Below are positions 9,507 through 16,550 of a DNA stretch of 32,000 nucleotides, one piece after another. The stretch covers positions 300,001 through 332,000 of the forward strand of contig NC_014205.1 in the NCBI RefSeq assembly GCF_000092465.1, read 5' to 3'. Both the position numbers and the translations under genes were made by a program. This DNA comes from Staphylothermus hellenicus DSM 12710. GTDB lineage: Archaea > Thermoproteota > Thermoprotei_A > Sulfolobales > Desulfurococcaceae. Below the pieces are notes generated by a model. The model was not told where the DNA came from, did no database searches, and saw only the letters and a list, made by a program, of their open reading frames with translations. The first letter of the stretch is position 1; the number at the start of each line of letters is the position of its first letter.

Positions 9507-10121
9507 TTGGTTTCCATTATAAGCATTGAAGATTTCATGAAATTAATAAGGAATTATAAATCAATATCCATGATTATTGGTTCAGGACTAGAATATTCTT
9601 TAGGTCTTAGCGGATTCTATGATTACAAACCTGCTAGACAGAAAATCATAAATGAAAACATTATTGTTAATTGTTCATCGCTTAATAAGAAGGTGCTTGA
9701 AATAATTAATTTATTTACTGAAACATTAAAAAGTGATCGTTTCCAATCAGCTATAATTACAAGCCCATACTGTCTATATAGATGCATGTGTGATCAAGAA
9801 AAATTGTTGAAAGACAAAATTATTCCGCTCATCGGCTGTTTTAAATGTAGTGATTGCTGCATAGACGAGCCAGAATATAAGGGATTAGGTGAAAAAGTTA
9901 ATTATAAATCACTAGCTAGAAGCATTGTCGAGGTTACTTCTGCTGAAGCCCTTATAATCACTGGCTTCACACCTACTCTATCCCCAGCGAACATGTTGCC
10001 GTTAATAGCTAAATTCGGTAAGCCAAAGATATTCTTAGTAGATACATTTAATAACCCATATATTTCTATTGTCGACTACTATGTTGAAACACCAAGTTAT
10101 AAGCTGTTTAAGGTTCTCTAG
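9507..10121 (+). CDS. Sir2-fold protein lacking canonical catalytic/NAD-binding residues (predicted inactive sirtuin homolog)
   Basis: 204-aa ORF. IIGSGLEYSLGLSGFYDY, AIITSPYCLY, IIPLIGCFKCSDCC and LIITGFTPTLSPANMLPL..KIFLVD follow the order and spacing of the sirtuin blocks GAGIS..GIPDFR, ITQNIDxLH, ELHG..CxxC and viGTSl.V.PA..L...iiN. TTG 9507 directly follows the helicase stop. ATG 9537 is an alternative start. Confidence 0.5.
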   Translation: MVSIISIEDFMKLIRNYKSISMIIGSGLEYSLGLSGFYDYKPARQKIINENIIVNCSSLNKKVLEIINLFTETLKSDRFQSAIITSPYCLYRCMCDQEKLLKDKIIPLIGCFKCSDCCIDEPEYKGLGEKVNYKSLARSIVEVTSAEALIITGFTPTLSPANMLPLIAKFGKPKIFLVDTFNNPYISIVDYYVETPSYKLFKVL

Positions 10122-10465
10122 GAAAATAGCTTATAACAAAAACTATTTTGATAATCATAGATGTATTTCCCGCATAAAAACCGGGTCTTTAATGAAAACA
10201 TAGAATTATGGATAAGTAGTAAATTAGTTACCGATAAGCTATGAAACAGGTTTAGGTAATAGTTAAGATTATAATTGTTGATGATGGCGTATTAGAGCCT
10301 TAATGTTCTTTCTATGTCTTAATCACGGGTAGCTCTAGAGATAATAGGAAATACACATATATCTAATAATGTATATGAAAACTATAACCTTAATATATAG
10401 AAACTCTATCAATACGATTTAGATATATACATGTGTTAATATTGGAGCGTAATTGGTGACAAGCC

Positions 10466-11869
10466 GTGGCAAACAATAATAGTTTGAAACCCTTGTTCGA
10501 GCCTAGAAGTATTGCGGTTATAGGGGCTAGTAGGAGTCCAGGCAAGATTGGTCACACTATTATGAAAAACATTATTGAATATGGCTATAAAGGTAGAATA
10601 TACCCTATAAACCCTAAAGCTGACAAGATACTTGGCTATAAAGCATACAAGTCCGTTCTTGAAGTGCCCGACGAGATAGATATGGCAATAATAGTTGTTC
10701 CTGAACAAATTGTCCTGAAAGTTGCTGAGGAATGTGGTAGGAAAGGTGTAAAGGTACTAGTTGTTATCGCGTCTGGTTTTAGCGAAGTAGGAAATATTGA
10801 GGCTGAGAGAAAACTTGTCGAAATAGCACGTAGGTATGGTATGAGGGTTCTTGGACCAAATATTTTCGGAATAACATATACTCCTGCAAAATTGAATGCA
10901 ACATTTGGTCCAAAAGATGTTCTCGAGGGTCCTATAGCATTCATTACGCAAAGCGGTGCTTTAGGAATAGCATTAATGGGATGGACGATAATGGAGGAGA
11001 TAGGCATATCAGCTCTTGTCAGTATGGGTAATATGGCGGATATAGATGTAATAGATGTTTCCAAATATTTAGCCGGCGATCCAAATACTAGAGTCATAAC
11101 AATTTATCTTGAAGGACTGAAACCTGGTACTGGTAGAAAATTCATTGAGGAAATGAAGAAAGTTACAGCGAAGAAACCGGTAATCGTAATTAAGGCTGGT
11201 AGGAGCAAACGCGGAGCAGCAGCTGCTGCAAGCCATACTGGGAGCCTGGCTGGAAGCGATAATTTATACCAAGCAGCATTCAAGCAAGCAGGAATAATTA
11301 GAGCATATACTACAGAGGAAATGTTTGATTGGGCTAGAGCATTTGCTTCACAACCATTACCTCGAGGCGAAGAAACAATTATTATTACGAATGGTGGAGG
11401 AGTAGGTGTTTTAGCAACTGATGCAGCCGAGGAACACAATGTTAAATTATTAGATCCCAGCCCTGAGCTTAAGGAGAAATTCAAGAAGGCTATGCCATGG
11501 TTTGGCAGTGCTAGGAACCCTGTTGATTTAACTGGTCAAGCTATTGTTGAAAACTATGTGGAAGCGTTAAGAATAGCGTTTGAATCCGGTGAAATCCATA
11601 ATATCATATTGTTATATTGTAGAACAGCTATTCTCGATCCCAGAGACTTAGCGAAAGCCGTTATTAAACTATATGAAGAATACAAAGAAACCAATTATAG
11701 TAAACCATTGGTTGCAGGATTTGTCGGCGGAGAAGATGTTCGGGAAGCGGTCAGGTTGTTGAATAAGAATGGCATACCTGCTTATCCAAGTGCTGAGAGA
11801 GCTGTAGCTAGTATAGCTAAAATGATCTGGTATATGAGGTATCTTAATAAAATAAAGTCTAGGAAATAA
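10466..11869 (+). CDS. acdA: Acetyl-CoA synthetase (ADP-forming), alpha subunit
   Basis: N-terminal CoA-binding domain (LFEPRSIAVIGASRSPGKIGH), a succinyl-CoA-ligase-like domain, and the phosphohistidine loop AAAASHTGSLAGS. GTG start. No beta subunit is adjacent. Confidence 0.9.
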   Translation: MANNNSLKPLFEPRSIAVIGASRSPGKIGHTIMKNIIEYGYKGRIYPINPKADKILGYKAYKSVLEVPDEIDMAIIVVPEQIVLKVAEECGRKGVKVLVVIASGFSEVGNIEAERKLVEIARRYGMRVLGPNIFGITYTPAKLNATFGPKDVLEGPIAFITQSGALGIALMGWTIMEEIGISALVSMGNMADIDVIDVSKYLAGDPNTRVITIYLEGLKPGTGRKFIEEMKKVTAKKPVIVIKAGRSKRGAAAAASHTGSLAGSDNLYQAAFKQAGIIRAYTTEEMFDWARAFASQPLPRGEETIIITNGGGVGVLATDAAEEHNVKLLDPSPELKEKFKKAMPWFGSARNPVDLTGQAIVENYVEALRIAFESGEIHNIILLYCRTAILDPRDLAKAVIKLYEEYKETNYSKPLVAGFVGGEDVREAVRLLNKNGIPAYPSAERAVASIAKMIWYMRYLNKIKSRK

Positions 11870-11884
11870 AAGAGTTTTACCTAT

Positions 11885-12238
11885 TTACCTAATTCTAGTT
11901 CCAGGCTTTACCGGTTTCTCAACACTTAAGAGAACTGGGACTCCATCCTCGCTATCAGCAGCCAACAACATTCCCTGACTCACTAATCCAAATATTCTCT
12001 TAGGCTTTAGATTAGCTACCACCACAATATATTTACCGATAAGATCATCTGGACTATACCAAGCACCTAGACCAGCTATTATTTGGCGCTCACCTAGCTT
12101 TCCAAGATCTACTTTCAACTTTAATAGTTTCTTGCTACCCTTAACTTTTTCAGCTTCCTTAACAAATCCTACTCTAAGATCTATACGCATGAATTCTTCA
12201 TAACTAACCTCACTACTAGACATAATTGCCACCTTCAA
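11885..12238 (-). CDS. tRNA-binding domain protein (Trbp111/CsaA/MetRS C-terminal-like OB fold)
   Basis: RIDLRVGFVKEAEKVKGSKKLLKLKVDLG..RQIIAGL......IGKYIVVVANLKPKRIFGLVSQGMLLAA is the canonical tRNA_bind domain pattern. Confidence 0.85.
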   Translation of the reverse strand: MKVAIMSSSEVSYEEFMRIDLRVGFVKEAEKVKGSKKLLKLKVDLGKLGERQIIAGLGAWYSPDDLIGKYIVVVANLKPKRIFGLVSQGMLLAADSEDGVPVLLSVEKPVKPGTRIR

Positions 12239-12344
12239 TATATTTGTTCATTTATCAATATAGGGTTGTTTACATATTTTATTTATTATGATTCAGTAAC
12301 ATCAGGGGTGTTGTAGTATACAATACGAGTTTAATACAGTAGTT

Positions 12345-13490
12345 GTGCGGCCAGGAGAGTTCATGGTTAGATATGGGTCGGTTACAACTAGATTTATGAT
12401 TTCAAGACTTAGAGATAGCATCGTGAAAGTCTTGAATAGGAATAATTATAGATATGAAAATGTCGATGTTGTCGGGGGATCTAGAGTAATCGTATCAGGT
12501 CTTAATAGTTCTGTTGCAGAAGAAGTTGCTGATAAGCTAGCTAAGATATTCGGGGTTAGTAGTACGAGTCCAGCAATTATGGTGGATTATGATTTATCAG
12601 TAATAATTGATGCTTTATTGGAGATGATCGCTCACGATAGACCGAAGAGTATAAGATTAAAGGTTATGGGGGGACCCGGATATAATAGGTTGTTTCTCGA
12701 AAAACTGCTTGCATCTATTATTATTAATGAGGCTAAAACATATATTGATCTACGATCTCCAGATAAGGAATACATTATTGATATTCGCCAAGGAAAAACG
12801 TTTATTATAAACAAGATCTATAGAGGGGTTGGAGGCTTACCATATGGAGTAGAAGGTTGCTTAGTTGTTTTATTATCCGGCGGCGTGGATTCCTCACTAG
12901 CAGCATGGTATGCATTGAAGAGGGGGACACGTATAATACCCGTATTCATTGATCTCGGAAAATACTGGTCTGAACAAGCTAGGAAGAGATTCTATGAATC
13001 AATCTCTTTAATATATGAATGGGTTCCATGGGACAAAATCAAGTTTTACATAGTTCGTGGAGCAGAGAAAATAGTTGAATCAGCCAATATACCTGCTCGT
13101 CTCAGATGCTTATTATGCAAAGCCAACATGTATAGAATAGCTTCTATTATTGCCGACAAAGAAAAATGCTTAGGGATCGTTACCGGTGAAGCCGTTGGCC
13201 AAGTGGCTTCACAAACACTGCGGAACCTGTATATATTATCTAGGCTATCACCTAAACCTGTATATAGACCGGTAGCGTTTATGGATAAGCTAGAAATAAT
13301 AGAGCAAGCACGAAAACTAGGTTTTCATATATTGTCACGGGATGTTGGAACATGCTTACTAAAACCGCCTCATCCAGAAACGAGTGCTAGTGAGAAAGAC
13401 TATTATATACTTAAAAAAGTTCTTCAAGACACTATGGATACAGCAGTTAAACTAGTGGAGCAGGCAAATATTAAGTATTATCCAACCTAA
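12345..13490 (+). CDS. thiI: tRNA 4-thiouridine synthase ThiI (THUMP + PP-loop; no rhodanese domain)
   Basis: N-terminal ferredoxin-like/THUMP region, PP-loop LLSGGVDSSLAAW, a CLLC (CxxC) pair and a downstream GTCLLKPPHPET cysteine. The ORF starts at GTG 12345. ATG 12363 is an alternative. Confidence 0.85.
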   Translation: MRPGEFMVRYGSVTTRFMISRLRDSIVKVLNRNNYRYENVDVVGGSRVIVSGLNSSVAEEVADKLAKIFGVSSTSPAIMVDYDLSVIIDALLEMIAHDRPKSIRLKVMGGPGYNRLFLEKLLASIIINEAKTYIDLRSPDKEYIIDIRQGKTFIINKIYRGVGGLPYGVEGCLVVLLSGGVDSSLAAWYALKRGTRIIPVFIDLGKYWSEQARKRFYESISLIYEWVPWDKIKFYIVRGAEKIVESANIPARLRCLLCKANMYRIASIIADKEKCLGIVTGEAVGQVASQTLRNLYILSRLSPKPVYRPVAFMDKLEIIEQARKLGFHILSRDVGTCLLKPPHPETSASEKDYYILKKVLQDTMDTAVKLVEQANIKYYPT

Positions 13491-14181
13491 TAATTTTCCC
13501 ATATATTTTGTAGGGATCATATTTATCGATATTAATCCCTCTATTCTTTAGATCGGATACTATATTGTTGTCAGGATTCCATGGAAGCTCTGAACGAAAC
13601 ACTTTAAACATCCTTATAAGTACCTTCTTACCCTCCAACAATACTTCGTTCGCTACATCTACAATTTCCCTTAGAGAATCTTCTTCAGCCAATAGGATTC
13701 CCCGGGATCTTAGTAGATGAGATACTTTAACTCCACTAGTAAGCTCTATAATATATCCCTTATCAGGATTCATCGATATTATTCCACTATGTTTTAAACC
13801 GGCCTTTCTCGCCAATGATAATATTTTGTCTGCATATTCTAAGCTATTTGTTGACAAGTGGAGTATGGGGCCGGTAGAGTTTAGCCAGAGTCTTCTCACA
13901 ACTGGTTTCTTTAATATATCCAGTATCTCATTAATTGTTATAGGGATATGTTTCTTGAATACAACGCTTGACTCTTCCCTGCTCCATGGATATGTTGAAT
14001 CGCTAATCGTTATTCTACCGCTACAACTGCTTAGTGTATAAATGTTTTTATCACTATTTAAGATCAGAAGAATACCTATGAGATCCTCATCTAAATATCC
14101 TATCTCTAGATCTTCCCATAACCTGTTCCAAAACTCTGTTTTTCTCCTTTGCCAAGCTGATAAGTTTATTTTGAAGCTCAA
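13471..14181 (-). CDS. taw3: tRNA wybutosine-synthesizing protein 3 homolog (Taw3/TYW3 methyltransferase)
   Basis: The TYW3-family hallmark LSSCSGRI follows an N-terminal helical region, and the ~236-aa size is typical of archaeal Taw3. The 3' end overlaps thiI convergently by 20 nt. Confidence 0.7.
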   Translation of the reverse strand: MSFKINLSAWQRRKTEFWNRLWEDLEIGYLDEDLIGILLILNSDKNIYTLSSCSGRITISDSTYPWSREESSVVFKKHIPITINEILDILKKPVVRRLWLNSTGPILHLSTNSLEYADKILSLARKAGLKHSGIISMNPDKGYIIELTSGVKVSHLLRSRGILLAEEDSLREIVDVANEVLLEGKKVLIRMFKVFRSELPWNPDNNIVSDLKNRGINIDKYDPYKIYGKIIRLDNT

Positions 14182-14267
14182 TTTTAACCCCTAGCTATGT
14201 AAATGCTATATTTTTATCTCAGCGGTAATGTATATTTAAGCTATAAAATATTATTTCATTGAAGGTG

Positions 14268-15107
14268 ATGTATGTATTGGAAATATATGGGATAGCTTAC
14301 AGCATTAATGACCCAGCTGGTTCGGGAATGGCTGAATACATTGTTAAGTATTATGGATTAGGGAAAAGTGATGTATGTAGAGATGCTATAACATGTTATG
14401 TAGGAGATAATTTTGTGTTGGCAGGGTTTAGAGAGGACGTTATATATTTTGACTTCTTAGATGATAGACTGCCAGAAAATGTTTCGAGATATATCATATT
14501 ATCTAGGCATTCTAGTGCTAAAAAAGTCCGCAGCTATACTGTTCACCACACAGGCAACTTTGGGCCAGAAGCCCCCTATGGTGGTAGGCCAAGGATTCTA
14601 TCCATAGCTAATCCGATCGTGTCACATAAGTTGCTTATCAATTTAAAAATGCTTGCTGAAGAATATGGAAGAATAAATGAATATGAAGTAAGCTATGAAG
14701 CAACACATCATGGACCTACAGATGTTAGAAAACCCCTTAATTTTATAGAAATAGGTAGCAGCATTGATGAATGGAAGGACCCGGTTAATCACGAAATTGC
14801 AGCTCTAGCAGTAATAAAGTTCTTGGAAAACCCCAGACATAAATGCGTTCCTGTCACCGGTATAGGTGGTGGACATTATCCTAGAAAACATACTAAAATG
14901 GCTTTTGAGAAAAACTATTGCTACGGACATATTATGGCTAAGTATGCTCTCCAGCATTTATCTCCGGAGATCCTGGAAGAAATGATTGTGAAAAGCGATC
15001 CTGTGCCGCAAAGAATTGTTGTTGAGAAGAAAGGTACTCGTCGAGAGCATAGGAGAGTTATTGAGCAGTATGTATTGGGTAAAGGAATTATTTTAGAATA
15101 TATCTAG
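14268..15107 (+). CDS. dtdA: D-aminoacyl-tRNA deacylase, archaeal type (DTD2)
   Basis: LSRHSS...YTVHHTGNFG, YEATHHGPT, FIEIGSS..EW and GIGGGHYPRKHTK closely match archaeal DtdA. The track ORF starts at TTG 14259. ATG 14268 is preferred. Confidence 0.9.
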   Translation: MYVLEIYGIAYSINDPAGSGMAEYIVKYYGLGKSDVCRDAITCYVGDNFVLAGFREDVIYFDFLDDRLPENVSRYIILSRHSSAKKVRSYTVHHTGNFGPEAPYGGRPRILSIANPIVSHKLLINLKMLAEEYGRINEYEVSYEATHHGPTDVRKPLNFIEIGSSIDEWKDPVNHEIAALAVIKFLENPRHKCVPVTGIGGGHYPRKHTKMAFEKNYCYGHIMAKYALQHLSPEILEEMIVKSDPVPQRIVVEKKGTRREHRRVIEQYVLGKGIILEYI

Positions 15108-15108
15108 T

Positions 15109-16173
15109 CTATTCTACCACTTTTACCCTATACCTGATATCTTTATACCATGTTTTGGATAATTTACCCCATATAATTCTAAATACTAGCTCGTATTCTC
15201 CTGGTTGCAGTTTTATTTTTATCTTTTCAGTAGTTTTCTCTCCCGGATCTAATTTTTTGATTTTTCGACGAGCAACCACGTTGCCTAGGCTCATTACAAC
15301 AATCATTGCTTTATCTGGTGTGCTTTCACCCTTGTTTGAAACAGTGATCTCTAATTCTTGTTCTTTATGGATAATTTCTGGAATATTTGTTTCTTCCATG
15401 CTAAGCTCTGGCTTCACATATTCTGTATTGTATAGTAGTATATTCGAGATCCTCATTTCTTTGGGGAAATATGTTGTATTTGTTTCTAAGTGTTTAAATG
15501 TAATAATGTTTTGTCTAGGTATACTTTTTAGTTCCATAATATGTTCATCCATTCCCTGCACATTTTCAATGTTTAATAATGAATTATTATTCAGAAGTAT
15601 CTCTCCTTTAGCAATTGTGCTGGGCATATATATTGTTGTTCTAAGCTTTCCATTGCCGCCTCCATAATTTATTTTTAGCGATGAAGATTCTCCGGGTTTT
15701 AAACTAAGTGCTCCACTATAATATGTTAATGTGGATTCTGCCTCACTACTACTGTAGAGTGCTAGAATTGCTAGTTGCTCAATAATTATATGATCTCCTC
15801 CTTCGAGTTTAAAAGTAATATTTGCCCTCCTCCTACGTAGTCCTTCAGGCGTTTTAATTATACTGGTTACATCATAGACTAGTTTTGCAAAGTATAGGTT
15901 TCCAGCGGGAGACATTATATGTGGTTTGAACTCCTTAGTAACACTAATACCGTTTAGTTTTACTCGCCAATTAATATGCTGGGAAGGCACCAATACTCCT
16001 ATATCTAGTAATGCATATTCTAGCTCAGCATTTTTAGGATGTACAAGGCTAAGCGGAATTGTTTGTCTAGAAGGTATTAACCCGCCTATTCTCGTATTTG
16101 GTATTGCAGACGTATATATTATGTCTCCACTAAACTTTTTCTCAACAAATTTCAACAATTTACCTTCAACCAT
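15109..16173 (-). CDS. Hypothetical beta-rich protein with C-terminal CARDB-like beta-sandwich
   Basis: Clean 354-aa ORF with an ATG start and no signal peptide or TM segment. The C-terminal ~85 aa (ELEITVSNKGESTPDKAMIVVMSLGNVV..KLDPGEKTTEKIKIKLQPGEYELVFRI) fit the CARDB/Ig-like pattern. The rest is unassigned. Confidence 0.6.
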   Translation of the reverse strand: MVEGKLLKFVEKKFSGDIIYTSAIPNTRIGGLIPSRQTIPLSLVHPKNAELEYALLDIGVLVPSQHINWRVKLNGISVTKEFKPHIMSPAGNLYFAKLVYDVTSIIKTPEGLRRRRANITFKLEGGDHIIIEQLAILALYSSSEAESTLTYYSGALSLKPGESSSLKINYGGGNGKLRTTIYMPSTIAKGEILLNNNSLLNIENVQGMDEHIMELKSIPRQNIITFKHLETNTTYFPKEMRISNILLYNTEYVKPELSMEETNIPEIIHKEQELEITVSNKGESTPDKAMIVVMSLGNVVARRKIKKLDPGEKTTEKIKIKLQPGEYELVFRIIWGKLSKTWYKDIRYRVKVVE

Positions 16174-16273
16174 TTATCACACCTAAGTCATATCTAGTTA
16201 GCACACGAATAAAAGATATTAAGTAACCTAGTTAAATAAAGTCTAATAGATGAAGACGCCCTGCCGCTGGCTA

Positions 16274-16302
16274 ACACCCCCCGCTGAAACAATGGGGGGT
16301 GT
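16274..16302 (-). other. Perfect GC-rich hairpin (9-bp stem ACACCCCCC/GGGGGGTGT, 11-nt loop) just 3' of the small membrane-protein gene; possible transcript 3'-end or stability element
   Basis: Read directly: 16274-16282 pairs with 16294-16302 without mismatch. It lies 7 nt past the TAG stop (16309-16311) inside a locally GC-rich island in an AT-rich genome. A T-rich tract follows on the minus strand. Confidence 0.35.
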
Positions 16303-16308
16303 GATGTG

Positions 16309-16548
16309 CTAAGGTGAACCCCTGGCTGATTCTTCTTTCTTCTCAGCTTTTTCAACATATCTAGCTAGGCTCCATGTTCTAATAAGTGATACTCCACCAC
16401 TTAACGCTACAAATCCTATTAATGCTGCTAGGAGACTACTGGGCACATCTCTATTGATCATCAGTTGTAGCGATATCAAGAAAACATACATGCTAAAACC
16501 AATCAATACGAATCCTGCAATAGCCGCAACTATATCTCTCGACGCCAT
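16309..16548 (-). CDS. Small two-TM membrane protein (last gene of the MoxR module)
   Basis: It has two hydrophobic helices (IVAAIAGFVLIGFSMYVFLISL and LLAALIGFVALSGGVSLI) and a charged tail. ATG 16548 lies 2 nt after the upstream stop. GTG 16560 would overlap it by 10 nt. Confidence 0.55.
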   Translation of the reverse strand: MASRDIVAAIAGFVLIGFSMYVFLISLQLMINRDVPSSLLAALIGFVALSGGVSLIRTWSLARYVEKAEKKEESARGSP

Positions 16549-16550
16549 TT

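Noticed and set aside
10276-10345. A TGATGA (C-box-like) motif in the long intergenic region, suggesting a C/D sRNA.
   Set aside because: No CTGA D or D' box lies at a suitable distance downstream, and the region is AT-rich rather than structured. TGATGA alone is expected by chance.
16248-16329. A possible C/D-box sRNA on the plus strand. It has a C-like AGATGAA (16248-16254), D'-like CTGA (16284-16287), C'-like GTGATGT (16301-16307) and D-like CTGA (16326-16329).
   Set aside because: The spacings are 29 nt (C to D'), 13 nt (D' to C') and 18 nt (C' to D). These are far from the tightly constrained ~12-nt guide spacers and ~50-60-nt total length of archaeal C/D sRNAs. The C box is imperfect, there is no terminal stem, and the D box would lie antisense inside a CDS. 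Only the hairpin is retained as an observation.
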